Source: Candidatus Nomurabacteria bacterium
GTDB taxonomy: Bacteria > Patescibacteriota > Minisyncoccia > Phycocordibacterales > UBA9973
Reading direction: 5' to 3'
DNA: 64,000 bases
Assembly: GCA_963842815.1 (NCBI GenBank)
Contig: CAWJHU010000002.1
Coordinates: forward strand, 44,513 to 108,512
Shown: positions 17,147 through 27,161 of the stretch, one piece after another
How the letters are laid out: the number at the start of each line of letters is the position of its first letter
Position numbering within the stretch: the stretch's first letter is position 1
Notes under the pieces: model-generated
The model's database searches: none
Told to the model about the DNA's origin: nothing
Seen by the model: the letters and a program-made list of their open reading frames with translations, nothing else
Made by a program: the position numbers and the translations under genes

Positions 17147-17752
17147 ATGATAAGTAAACCAAAATTTAAAATAGGAAGAAGATTAGGAGCCGGAGTCTAT
17201 GACAAATGTCAAACTCCCAAGTTTTCAGCTTCTTCCGGAAAATTTGCCGGTCCCGGCGCACGTCGTCCGAAAGCCCTGTCCGAATACGGAGCTCAGCTTA
17301 TTGAAAAGCAAAAAATTCGTTTTTCCTACGGCATTACAGAACGCCAGCTTTCAAATTATGTTGAAAAAGCTTCTCGCATTAAGGGTGCGGGGACAGCCGA
17401 GAAATTTTATGAAGAACTTGAATCCCGTTTAGACAATGTGGTTTACAGAATGGGCTTGGCTCCCAGCCGTCGTGCTGCCAGGCAAATGGTTTCCCACGGA
17501 CATTTTATTGTGAATAATCATAAAATTACCATTCCTTCCTATGAAGTACAGCCGAAAGATATTATAAAAATACGCGAAGGTTCCAAGATAAAGAAAATTT
17601 TTGATAATCTAGTCGAGAGATTGAAAGATTACAATGCTCCTTCCTGGCTTTCCTTTGATACGGCTAAAATGGAAGGAATTATTTTAGCCAAGCCGAAAAA
17701 TACGGAAACCTTCCTTGATTTGAATGCCGTGCTTGAATTTTATAGTCGTTAA
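17147..17752 (+). CDS. rpsD: 30S ribosomal protein S4
   Basis: SEYG.QL.EKQK, LESRLDNVVYRMG, ARQMVSHGH, EFYSR. Confidence 0.97.
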   Translation: MISKPKFKIGRRLGAGVYDKCQTPKFSASSGKFAGPGARRPKALSEYGAQLIEKQKIRFSYGITERQLSNYVEKASRIKGAGTAEKFYEELESRLDNVVYRMGLAPSRRAARQMVSHGHFIVNNHKITIPSYEVQPKDIIKIREGSKIKKIFDNLVERLKDYNAPSWLSFDTAKMEGIILAKPKNTETFLDLNAVLEFYSR

Positions 17753-17816
17753 TTAATTCCGCGCCTTTGGCGGGATAAATATTATTAGATTTAAAAGTAA
17801 CTTTTTATAAAAAATT

Positions 17817-18811
17817 ATGCCTGAATATAAAATAATTATGCCTTCCAAACCTCGCGTTGTTTTGGAAGAGGACAATAAGGGAGTATTTGAAATAGACGGC
17901 CTCTATCCAGGATACGGCCATACTTTGGGCAATAGTTTAAGACGCATTATTCTTTCTTCATTGCCGGGCGCCAGCATTACCTCTATTAAAATAGATGGTA
18001 TTTCCCACGAATTTCAGACTATGGATGGTATTAAAGAAGATGTGATTGTGATGATTTTAAATCTGAAAAAAATTCGTTTCAAAATGCTTTCCGATGAACC
18101 GCAAATGGTGACTCTTTCCGTGAAAGGACCTAAAGAAATTTTTGCCAAAGACGTAAAAACCGGCGGACAGGTAGAAATTTTGAATCCGGATATTCACATT
18201 GTGGAAATTACAGGCAAGGTCAGTTTGAATATTGAAATGAAGATTGAAAAAGGCTTGGGTTTTATTTCAAAAGAAATTTTACAGAAAGAAAAAGTGGATA
18301 TTGGAACGATTGCTGTTGATGCGCATTTTTACTCCTATCCGCCGGGTTGCCTATGAAGTTGAAAATATGCGTGTCGGCGACAATACCAATTATAATCGTT
18401 TAAGAATTTCCATTGAGACGGACGGCACTCTAACTCCCAGGGAAGCTTTTCTAAAATCCATTGAGATAATGATAAATCAGCTTAAGGCTGTTATTGATTT
18501 CAAAGAACCGGAAGAAGAAATTATAGAGGAAAAAAAGTCTGCTCGCAGTGTTAAGGAAAACGTATCTGCCGAAGAGGAAGGAGAAAATAAAAAAGCGGAT
18601 GATTTTACCGATGTTTTAAAAACTCGCACCGATGGTCTCGATCTTTCTACCAGAACTCTAAATGCGCTTACTGCCGCCAATATTCGAACTCTGGGAGGTC
18701 TTGCTCGAAAGAAAAGCGAAGATTTATTGGAAGTGGAAGGTATCGGTGAAAAAGGAATCACGTGAAATTAAAAAAGTGCTTGGCAAATTCGGCCTTAATT
18801 TAAAAGAATAA
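17817..18811 (+). CDS. rpoA: RNA polymerase alpha subunit (two apparent +1 indels, near 18324 and 18763)
   Basis: GYGHTLGNSLRRIILSSLPG, then IFTPIRRVAYEVENMRVG in another frame, and the tail EIKKVLGKFGLNLKE in a third. Confidence 0.93.
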
Positions 18812-18819
18812 TTAAATAT

Positions 18820-19173
18820 ATGCGACATCATAATACCAAAAGAAAATTCGGAAGAGATAAAAACCAAAGAAAGGCATTGCTGAATTCTTTGGCGCTTAAT
18901 TTAATCGTGCGCGAAAAAATAAAAACAACTTTGCCCAAAGCGAAAGAATTGCGCCCATTTGTGGAAAAATTGATAACCAGGGCAAAAAAGGGAGATATGT
19001 CCACCCGCCGAGTTGATAATTTCCAAACTTTGAACCGAAGGAAGGAAGTGAAAAAACTTTTTGAAATTATCGCTCCGAAATATATGGATAAAAAAGGCGG
19101 ATATACCAGAGTTTTAAAATTGGGAGTCAGAAAATCGGATGGCACAGAAATGGCTTTAATAGAATTTGTATAA
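18820..19173 (+). CDS. rplQ: 50S ribosomal protein L17
   Basis: MRH...RKFGR, I.TTLPKAKELRPFVEKLIT, GGYTRVLK. Confidence 0.96.
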   Translation: MRHHNTKRKFGRDKNQRKALLNSLALNLIVREKIKTTLPKAKELRPFVEKLITRAKKGDMSTRRVDNFQTLNRRKEVKKLFEIIAPKYMDKKGGYTRVLKLGVRKSDGTEMALIEFV

Positions 19174-19183
19174 AATCAATCAT

Positions 19184-19542
19184 ATGAAAAAAATTGACGA
19201 AAAAATAATAGATGCGAGCGGAAGAACATTGGGCAGGGTGGCCAGCGAGGTAGCCGTTTCCTTATGGGTAAAACGAATGCTTCTTTTGAAAGACATATTT
19301 ATTCAGGATTTCCAAAGTAAGGGTGATAAATGCTTCAAAAATTCGAATTACCGCCAAAAAATTGGAGGAAATTTACCACACCAGATATTCAGGACACAGG
19401 GGCGGGCTTCGTGTTTTGAAAGGCACGGAAACAGCCGAGAAAAAAGGGATTGAAAGAATTAGTCAAGCTCGCCGTATATCATATGCTTCCGGGAAATAAA
19501 TTACGAAGAGAAATGATGAAGAATTTAAAAGTTGAAGATTAA
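19184..19542 (+). CDS. rplM: 50S ribosomal protein L13 (three apparent single-base indels)
   Basis: IDASGRTLGRVASEVA / LMGK / VINASKI / YHTRYSGHRGG / AVYHMLPGNKLR spread over different frames. Confidence 0.9.
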
Positions 19543-19550
19543 TATTTATT

Positions 19551-19982
19551 ATGGATAAAGAAAAGAAAACAACCAAAGAAAAATATATTGAAGCAATAGG
19601 TAGAAGAAAAACTTCTACGGCCCGAGTGCGCATTTGGATATCGGCCAAACATAGTTTTATCGTTAACGGCAAAGACGCCAAAGATTATTTCAAAACCGAA
19701 GAGGAGCGCTGTTTGGTTTCCGACCCTCTCGTAAAAGGCATTGGCGGAACAGAAAAAACAGAACATAAATGGAAAGTGGAGGTAAAAGTTCAAGGCGGAG
19801 GAGTGCATTCCCAAGCGGAAGCCGTCCGTCATGGTTTGGCTCGCGCTTTGGTCTCATCCGACATTGAATTACGGCACAAAATGAAAACTTTAGGCTTCCT
19901 AAAACGTGACCCTCGCGCCAAAGAACGAAGAAAATTCGGACTCAAGAAAGCCCGCAAGGCGCCACAGTGGAGTAAACGCTAA
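19551..19982 (+). CDS. rpsI: 30S ribosomal protein S9
   Basis: GRRKTSTARV, GGG..SQAEAVRHG, RDPR.KERRKFGLKKARKAPQWSKR. Confidence 0.97.
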   Translation: MDKEKKTTKEKYIEAIGRRKTSTARVRIWISAKHSFIVNGKDAKDYFKTEEERCLVSDPLVKGIGGTEKTEHKWKVEVKVQGGGVHSQAEAVRHGLARALVSSDIELRHKMKTLGFLKRDPRAKERRKFGLKKARKAPQWSKR

Positions 19983-20093
19983 AAACTCAAGAACAATGTT
20001 TTTAAAGGGTTTGGCGAGCGACGGCGAGCCAATTTCAGGATTTTTAAGCTTCAAAAAATCCGTACCGGCAAAAATATTTGTTCTTGAGTTTTT
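19981..20093 (-). repeat. Long intergenic hairpin element A
   Basis: Outer IR aaaaactcaagaacaa/ttgttcttgagttttt; reverse-complement core ggtacggattttttgaagcttaaaaatcctgaaatt resembles 49148-49184. Confidence 0.75.
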
Positions 20094-20131
20094 TGTTTTT
20101 TATTTTTTAGAGTTTATGCTAATATATTTAT

Positions 20132-20728
20132 ATGTCAGACGAAAAGGAAGAAAAACCAGAAATTTCCGAGCCCAAAGAAGACGAATCGGAAGTTCTGGAA
20201 TTTGAATTCAATGAAGATGGCGAAGAAGATTTGAAAAAGACCCTAAAAAAACTCAGGGCCGATTTAAAAGCGTGCAAAGCTGAAAAAGAAGAATACCTGA
20301 CTGGCTGGCAGAAAGAACGGGCGGATTTTGCCAATTATAAAAAACAGGAAGAAGACAGAAAAACAAATTTCTCGGAAGTTATCCGGGAACGCATCATTAC
20401 CAGGTTTTTAAGCGTTCTGGACAGTTTCAATATGGCCTTTGCCAACAAAGAAGCTTGGGAAAAAGTGGATGAAAATTGGCGTAAGGGTGTGGAATATATT
20501 TATGCCCAGATAAATACTATTTTTGAAGAATATGGCGTAAAAGAAATAGGAGAAGTGGGGGAAAGTTTTGACCATAATATCCATCAATCCATAGAAATGG
20601 TGCCGACCGATAAAAAAGAAGACAATCACAAAATAGCGCAAGTTATTCAAAAAGGGTACAAATTAGGCGACCGGGTCATCCGGGCTGCTCGGGTAAATGT
20701 TTTTGAGTATGATGAATCAACAAACTAA
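20132..20728 (+). CDS. grpE: Nucleotide exchange factor GrpE
   Basis: ADFANYKK, GE.FD..IH, V.QKGY..GDRVIR.ARV.V. Confidence 0.95.
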   Translation: MSDEKEEKPEISEPKEDESEVLEFEFNEDGEEDLKKTLKKLRADLKACKAEKEEYLTGWQKERADFANYKKQEEDRKTNFSEVIRERIITRFLSVLDSFNMAFANKEAWEKVDENWRKGVEYIYAQINTIFEEYGVKEIGEVGESFDHNIHQSIEMVPTDKKEDNHKIAQVIQKGYKLGDRVIRAARVNVFEYDESTN

Positions 20729-22418
20729 ACAATGCCAAAACTGCAAAAAAGATTTCACGATAGAAGTGGAAGATTTTAATTTCTATGAAAAAATAAAAGT
20801 TCCTCCGCCGACTTTTTGTCCGGAATGTCGTCTTATACGTCGTCTTGTTTGGCGTAACGAACATTCTCTTTTCAAGAGACCAAATGCGGAAGAGGGAAAG
20901 AAAGATTTAATCATTTCTGTTTTCCATCCTGACGCAAATGTAAAAACTTACGATAAGGAAATGTGGTGGAGCGACAAATGGGATTCGTGTCAGTACGGCA
21001 GGGATTATGATTTTAATAAACCGTTTTTTGAGCAATTCAAAGAGTTGATGCAAGAGGTTCCGCACTTGGCCTTATCCGATTCAAGGTCTGTTGATTCTCG
21101 GTTTTGTAATCTTACGGTAGAAATGAAAAATTGCTATTTAGTTACTGCCGCCTGGACTTGTGAAGATTCAATGTATTCCAACAGATTAGTTACATGTAAA
21201 TTTACTCATGATTCATATATTTGTTACAACACAGAATTTGCGTATGAAAATGTGTATTGTCGCGACTCCAGCAGATTGTTTTTCTCTTTGGAAAGCGAAG
21301 GATGTATGGATTCTTATTTTCTATACGACTGTCGTAATTGCTCTAACTGTATTTTGTGTTCCAATCTAAGAAATAAAAATTATTGCATTGAAAATATTCA
21401 GTATGCCAAAGAAGATTATTTGAAAAAGAAAGAAGAACTTTTCTTAAATACACGAAGCGGCATAGAAGAAGCCAGAATAAAATTTGAAAAATTATGGAGA
21501 AATGCATTTCATCGCGATTTGAAGCTTATAAATACGATAAATGTGGTTGGTGACCATGTATACAATTCTCGTAATTGCTATGAGGTTTTTGATATTGACG
21601 GAGAATATGAAAATGTTAAATATGCCAACTGGGGCAGTTCAGGGCTTCGCGATTCGTATGATGTTGGTCCAGGAGCCGGAGGCAATTCCGAGCTTACCTA
21701 TGAAGGCATAAGCATAGGCGTGAACAATAGCAGATGCTTTTTGGGCGCAATCATTTGGTATTCAAATGAGGTTTTATACAGCTTTATGATGAACAACTGC
21801 CAGAATTGCTTCGGCTGTACTGAAATGAATGGCAAAAAATATTGTATTTTAAATAAACAATATACCAAAGAAGAATATGAAAGACTGCTTCCAAAAATCA
21901 AACAGCATATGAAAGATATGCCATATAAGGATAAACAAGGAAGAGTCTATGGATTTGGCGAATTTTTTCCGCCGGAACTTTCACCTTTTGCCTATAACGA
22001 GACAATCGCGCAGGATTATTTTCCCACAGATAAGGAAACGGCTGAGTCAAAAGGATTTTTATGGCGCGAAAATATTTCGGGTTCATATAAAATAACCCAA
22101 AAGGGGAAAGATTTACCGCAAACTATTTTAGAAGTGAAAGACTCTATTTTAGATGAAGTTATCGAATGTGAAATCACCGGCAAACCTTTTAAAATTATTG
22201 AGCAAGAGCTCAATTTTTATAGAAGATTCAATCTGCCTCTTCCGTCGGTTCATCCCGACGAACGCCACAATAGGCGCCTGAAATTCCGCAATCCTGTAAT
22301 GTTAAACAAAAAGCAATGCTTTTTTGGAGACAAAGAAATTATTACCACTTATCCTCCGGAACCGATAGGCCCGAGGAAAGTGCTTTGCACGGAGCATTAT
22401 AAACAAGAAATTTATTAA
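20712..22418 (+). CDS. Cys-rich CPR-type protein, paralogue 1 (zinc-ribbon termini, Cys-repeat core)
   Basis: CQNCKKDF.IE.EDF.FY.KI.VPPPTFCPECR, WWSDKWD, YCILNKQY.KEEY, GEFFP.ELSPFAYNET.AQ. Confidence 0.85.
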   Translation: MNQQTKQCQNCKKDFTIEVEDFNFYEKIKVPPPTFCPECRLIRRLVWRNEHSLFKRPNAEEGKKDLIISVFHPDANVKTYDKEMWWSDKWDSCQYGRDYDFNKPFFEQFKELMQEVPHLALSDSRSVDSRFCNLTVEMKNCYLVTAAWTCEDSMYSNRLVTCKFTHDSYICYNTEFAYENVYCRDSSRLFFSLESEGCMDSYFLYDCRNCSNCILCSNLRNKNYCIENIQYAKEDYLKKKEELFLNTRSGIEEARIKFEKLWRNAFHRDLKLINTINVVGDHVYNSRNCYEVFDIDGEYENVKYANWGSSGLRDSYDVGPGAGGNSELTYEGISIGVNNSRCFLGAIIWYSNEVLYSFMMNNCQNCFGCTEMNGKKYCILNKQYTKEEYERLLPKIKQHMKDMPYKDKQGRVYGFGEFFPPELSPFAYNETIAQDYFPTDKETAESKGFLWRENISGSYKITQKGKDLPQTILEVKDSILDEVIECEITGKPFKIIEQELNFYRRFNLPLPSVHPDERHNRRLKFRNPVMLNKKQCFFGDKEIITTYPPEPIGPRKVLCTEHYKQEIY

Positions 22419-22484
22419 TTCGTAATTTTATAATTTTGTGTTATAGTAAAAATAAGGCAGAAATGTCTTATTTTGTTTATATGG

Positions 22485-22562
22485 TCCCGTTAGAAATAGG
22501 AAATCAAAGATTTCCGTTAAACTAACAGGATTCGTATTATTTAGTATTAATTTCTAACGGGA
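22485..22562. repeat. REP/MITE-like element with 13-bp inverted ends
   Basis: tcccgttagaaat ... atttctaacggga; a lone half-copy tcccgttagagat sits at 44733-44745. Confidence 0.65.
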
Positions 22563-24337
22563 TGGCAAAGGATTATACAAATATACACCGAGGATTGGTG
22601 TTTAAATATTTCTGGCAAGTCATCAGGCATTTCAAGGTGTCTTTTTTTACCATTATTATTTGTACGACAATCGCATCGATACTCGATATTTATATTCCGT
22701 TTCAATACCTGAATCTCTGGAATGTTTTAAGCGCGAATAATTTTTCCGTTATGCCGATTGCTCAATCGATAATCATTATGGTTTTGATACTAAACTTGGT
22801 TCGCTGGGTTATCCGCCGAACTTCAGGTTTTTCTACTTCATATTTTGAATCGGCAGTGATGACCGGTCTTCGCAACCAAGCTTTTTCCTATATGATAGGC
22901 CATTCGCATTCTTTCTTTGCAAATAATTTCGGAGGGTCTTTAACGCGAAAAATAACTAAATACGCCAGAGCTTTTGAAAAAATAGCGGACAGAATGATTT
23001 TTGACGGATTGCCGCTTTTGGTCAGAAGTGTGGGAACAATCGTCGCCATATATGCGCTGTTGCCGAAATACGCTTATATTATGGGAATATTTTGCTTGGC
23101 ATTTCTAGCGACAGCTTTCTTTTATATTAGTCGCAAATTGAAATACGATATTATCGCCGCAGAGGCCGACACCAAAACGACAGGCGTGTTGTCCGATGCC
23201 ATAGGCAATCATTCTTCTATTCAATTATTTACCGGACATGAAAATGAAATAGATCGTGTTGAAGATATGACAAGGAAACAGCACAAAGCGACTCTTTTCA
23301 ATTGGTATTTATGGGAAGGCCTGGGCGCTGTCCAAAGTTTTTATATGGTTGCTGTTGAATTTATTATTTTCTGGGTAGCCCTTAAGGATTGGCAATTATC
23401 TCTCATTACTCTGCCGATAATAGTTTTATTGCAAAGTTATTTGATTCGCTTAGCTGATAATTTGTGGAGTTTCGGCGGAATTGTTCGAACATATTATGAA
23501 AGTTTTGCCGATGCGCAAGAAATGGCTCTTGTTCTTGACACGCCTTATGAAATTGTCGACAAGTATACGAAAACAGCTGATAATATAAAAGGAAAAATTG
23601 TTTTTGAAAAAGTGACTTATTTCTATAAAAACAACGACAATAAAGTATTGGATAATTTTTCGTTGACCATCCCGAGCGGGCAGAAGATAGCCATCGTCGG
23701 TCCTTCCGGCGCAGGCAAAACGACTTTTGTCAGACTTCTAATGAGAATGTTTAATTTAACTAGCGGCAAGATTACCATAGATGGAATAGATATCAGTGAA
23801 ATTTCTCAAAAGAATCTTCGCGAACAAATATCTTTCGTTCCGCAAGATCCTGTACTTTTTCATCGCACCTTGATTGAAAATATACGTTATGGCAGACGCG
23901 ATGCCACAGATGAAGAAGTGAAAAAGGCAGCGCATTTGGCGCACTGTGATGATTTTATCGATAAATTACCTTATGGTTATGAAACATACGTAGGGGAACG
24001 CGGAGTGAAGCTTTCCGGCGGTGAACGCCAGCGCGTCGCTATCGCTCGCGCGATTTTAAAAAACGCGCCGATACTTATTTTAGACGAGGCGACTTCTTCA
24101 CTCGATTCTAATTCCGAACATTTGATTCAAGACGCGCTTACAAAATTAATAGCAGGGAAGACGACTATAGTCATTGCCCACAGGCTTTCGACCATCAGGC
24201 AGATGGATAGGATTATCGTGATAAGAGACGGAAAAATCACAGAAGATGGAACGCACGATGAACTTGTTAATAAAAAAGATGGAGTTTATAAAAAACTTTG
24301 GGATTTACAAGCGGGTGGTTTTAGAAAAGTTATTTAA
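22562..24337 (+). CDS. ABC exporter, fused permease/ATPase
   Basis: TM domain plus GPSGAGKT, LSGGERQR, ILDEATS, IAHRLST. Confidence 0.95.
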   Translation: MAKDYTNIHRGLVFKYFWQVIRHFKVSFFTIIICTTIASILDIYIPFQYLNLWNVLSANNFSVMPIAQSIIIMVLILNLVRWVIRRTSGFSTSYFESAVMTGLRNQAFSYMIGHSHSFFANNFGGSLTRKITKYARAFEKIADRMIFDGLPLLVRSVGTIVAIYALLPKYAYIMGIFCLAFLATAFFYISRKLKYDIIAAEADTKTTGVLSDAIGNHSSIQLFTGHENEIDRVEDMTRKQHKATLFNWYLWEGLGAVQSFYMVAVEFIIFWVALKDWQLSLITLPIIVLLQSYLIRLADNLWSFGGIVRTYYESFADAQEMALVLDTPYEIVDKYTKTADNIKGKIVFEKVTYFYKNNDNKVLDNFSLTIPSGQKIAIVGPSGAGKTTFVRLLMRMFNLTSGKITIDGIDISEISQKNLREQISFVPQDPVLFHRTLIENIRYGRRDATDEEVKKAAHLAHCDDFIDKLPYGYETYVGERGVKLSGGERQRVAIARAILKNAPILILDEATSSLDSNSEHLIQDALTKLIAGKTTIVIAHRLSTIRQMDRIIVIRDGKITEDGTHDELVNKKDGVYKKLWDLQAGGFRKVI

Positions 24338-24835
24338 AAAAGCTGAATTTGTTTCTGGATCAAGCTTGTCGGTGACTATTATCATCAGCTCGGTGCCGAG
24401 TCCTAAATCTTTTTTGATATTTGTAAAAAGATGTTCATAAGGAAAAGGGGAGATCCAGACTGTATTTTTTATGCAAGTGAAATCCGCTTTTTTCAAAAGA
24501 TAGCGCAAAGCCTCGCGCTCGCCTTTTCTTTCTTCCGGAATATCTAAAATTATAATTCTCCAAAGACCATCCCAAGCGGTGGAAACCAATACACCCTCAC
24601 CTTCGAGTTTTAGAGTATTTAATTTATTCTTGCCCTTTTTTGTCAGTTTCAAATAACTTTTATTGTCGGACTGAATCATTTCTACATGGCCTGATTCCAC
24701 TAGATTTTTTATGGAACGGGTGAGAGCATATCCTGTTTTTTGGTCTTTACTAGCCTTTATTAAATCTAAAGGAATAGCTGGCTTTTCGGCTAAAATTTTA
24801 AGTATTTTATTAGAATATTCCTGTTTCCTTAACAT
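24305..24835 (-). CDS. PaaX-like transcriptional regulator (wHTH + central domain)
   Basis: LT.KG....WDG.WRIIILDIPE.RK..R..LR..LK...F....N.VW.SP. Confidence 0.8.
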   Translation of the reverse strand: MLRKQEYSNKILKILAEKPAIPLDLIKASKDQKTGYALTRSIKNLVESGHVEMIQSDNKSYLKLTKKGKNKLNTLKLEGEGVLVSTAWDGLWRIIILDIPEERKGEREALRYLLKKADFTCIKNTVWISPFPYEHLFTNIKKDLGLGTELMIIVTDKLDPETNSAFLNNFSKTTRL

Positions 24836-24923
24836 AACCCATATATTATAACATATACTGTCTTTTGACAAGTATTTAGCGGTCGCAAAAAACTTGCAAA
24901 ATATTTTAAATGGGTGTAATATC

Positions 24924-25028
24924 AATTAAATTAGCTCTTTTCTAAAAACACGCATAAAATTCTACTGAATTTTTGCTATGCTCGGCTCGTCAGCCTGTGC
25001 AATGTTTTTATAAAAGACTAATTTAATT
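24924..25028 (+). repeat. Long intergenic hairpin element B in the dnaK leader
   Basis: Outer IR aattaaattag.tctttt.taaaaaca / tgttttta.aaaagactaatttaatt; shares the 16-mer ctcggctcgtcagcct with 49185-49200. Confidence 0.7.
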
Positions 25029-25060
25029 TCTATTAATTATTAATAATTTTTTAAAAGAAC

Positions 25061-26923
25061 ATGTCAAAAATAATAGGTATAGATTTAGGAACAACAAATT
25101 CGGCTGTAGCCATCATTGAGGGAGGCGCGCCGAAAATTATTGAAAACGTGGAAGGCAACCGCACCACGCCTTCCGTCATTGCTATGGCAAAAAATGGAGA
25201 CCGATTAGTCGGACTTCTCGCCAAAAGACAGGCAGTCACAAATCCGGAAAATACAATTTCTGAAATTAAAAGATATATGGGTCACAGGTTCGATGATCCA
25301 GGCGTGCAGAAAGATAAAACGACTGCTCCATTCAAAATCGAAGCGGGAGAAGACGGCGGAGTGAAAGTAAAAATGTCCGAGAAGTTTTATCGTCCGGAGG
25401 AAATCTCGGCGATGATTTTGCAGAAAATAAAAACGGATGTTGAGACGAAGCTCGGCGAAAAAATAACTGAAGCTGTCATCACCGTGCCGGCTTATTTCAA
25501 CGACGCGCAAAGAAAGGCAACCAAAGACGCCGGACAAATTGCCGGGCTGGATGTTAAAAGAATCATCAATGAACCGACGGCTGCCGCGCTCGCTTACGGA
25601 TTTAATAAAAAGAAAAATGAAAAAATAGTCGTTTACGATTTCGGCGGAGGAACTTTTGATGTGTCCGTGCTTGAAATAGGCGATGATGTAATAGAAGTGA
25701 AGTCTACTGATGGCGACAGCCACATGGGCGGAGGCGATATCGACCGCAAGATGATAAATTGGATTGCTGAAGAATATAAAAAAGAATCCGGCATTGATAT
25801 CAGAAAAGATCCTCTGGCTCACCAGCGTTTGCGAGAAGCAGCCGAGAAGGCGAAACATGAACTTTCCACTACCATGGAAGCGGAAATAAATATTCCTTTC
25901 ATTACATCCGATGCCACTGGTCCGAAGCACTTGCTGATGAAAATGTCCCGAGCCACGCTTGAATCTCTAGCGAAAGAATATGTTGACCGTTCAATAGAGA
26001 TCACAAAAAGAGCGCTTGCCGCATCGCCATTCAAGATGAATGAAATAAATGAAATCATAATGGTCGGCGGACAAACCAGAATGCCGATGATGGTGGAAGC
26101 AGTGAAAAACCTTTTCGGTAAGACGCCGAATATGTCCATCAATCCTGACGAAGTCGTGGCTTTGGGCGCTGCTGTGCAGGGAGGTGTCTTAGCAGGAGAT
26201 GTGCGTGATGTCCTTTTACTTGATGTTATTCCGCTTTCGCTTGGTATTGAAACTTTGGGTGGGGTGGCTACAAAATTAATTGATAGAAATACCACTATTC
26301 CAGCCTCAAAATCCCAAGTATTTTCAACGGCGGCCGACAATCAGACTTCTGTGGAAATCCATATAGTGCAAGGCGAACGCCCGATGGCTTCCGACAATAA
26401 ATCTCTCGGCCGTTTCATTCTGGACGGCATTCCGCCGGCCCCAAGAGGTATTCCGCAAGTGGAAGTAACTTTTGATATTGATGTAAATGGAATCCTAAAT
26501 GTAAAAGCGATGGATAAAGCTTCTCAAAAAGTTCAATCCATAAAAATTGAAGCAAGTTCCGGACTGAAAGACGAAGATATTAAAAAAATGCAAGCAGATG
26601 CCGAGGTACACGCCGAGGAAGATAAGAAGAAAAAAGAAACTGTGGATGTAAAAAATACTGCCGAAATGATTATTTATACTGCGGAAAAAGCGTTGAAAGA
26701 TAATGAAGCAAAAATTCCAGCAGATGTGAAAGAAAATGTTAATGCGAAAATAACCGCTTTACGCGGAGTGAAAGACGGCGCGGATGTTGGGGCAATTAAA
26801 AAAGCTACCGAAGAATTATCTGCCGAAATGTCCAAAATCGGCGAAGCAATGAATAAGGCCGGAGCCGAAACTCCTCCGGGCGCTTCAGCTCCCGAAGAGC
26901 AAGGTCCCGAAGTAAAAGATTAA
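25061..26923 (+). CDS. dnaK: Chaperone DnaK
   Basis: [43 protein letters not shown]. Confidence 0.98.
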   Translation: MSKIIGIDLGTTNSAVAIIEGGAPKIIENVEGNRTTPSVIAMAKNGDRLVGLLAKRQAVTNPENTISEIKRYMGHRFDDPGVQKDKTTAPFKIEAGEDGGVKVKMSEKFYRPEEISAMILQKIKTDVETKLGEKITEAVITVPAYFNDAQRKATKDAGQIAGLDVKRIINEPTAAALAYGFNKKKNEKIVVYDFGGGTFDVSVLEIGDDVIEVKSTDGDSHMGGGDIDRKMINWIAEEYKKESGIDIRKDPLAHQRLREAAEKAKHELSTTMEAEINIPFITSDATGPKHLLMKMSRATLESLAKEYVDRSIEITKRALAASPFKMNEINEIIMVGGQTRMPMMVEAVKNLFGKTPNMSINPDEVVALGAAVQGGVLAGDVRDVLLLDVIPLSLGIETLGGVATKLIDRNTTIPASKSQVFSTAADNQTSVEIHIVQGERPMASDNKSLGRFILDGIPPAPRGIPQVEVTFDIDVNGILNVKAMDKASQKVQSIKIEASSGLKDEDIKKMQADAEVHAEEDKKKKETVDVKNTAEMIIYTAEKALKDNEAKIPADVKENVNAKITALRGVKDGADVGAIKKATEELSAEMSKIGEAMNKAGAETPPGASAPEEQGPEVKD

Positions 26924-26937
26924 GAAGAAATAATTTT

Positions 26938-27093
26938 ATGGAAAAACCAAAACCGCTGAATGTAAAAATAATACAAATTGTCTTAAAAGAGGACCACATT
27001 GTATTCGGATTGGGAAGTGATGATTTAGTTTACAGATATGACCCCGAGGAATCTGTTTGGCTACTTTATACAACCGAAGGTTTAACGTTCTAA
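26938..27093 (+). CDS. Small hypothetical protein (51 aa)
   Basis: Translated by eye: MEKPKPLNVKIIQIVLKEDHIVFGLGSDDLVYRYDPEESVWLLYTTEGLTF; fills the gap after dnaK. Confidence 0.5.
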   Translation: MEKPKPLNVKIIQIVLKEDHIVFGLGSDDLVYRYDPEESVWLLYTTEGLTF

Positions 27094-27161
27094 GACAATA
27101 TTGTATATAGTTCCCAAAACATAAGCTTTTTAGTTTTGTTAATCTCTGGTATAATTTACTT

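Noticed and set aside
24305-24835. Cas2/CRISPR interpretation of the PaaX-like gene
   Set aside because: The PaaX central domain resembles Cas2, but there is no cas1 or other cas gene and no repeat-spacer array in the window.
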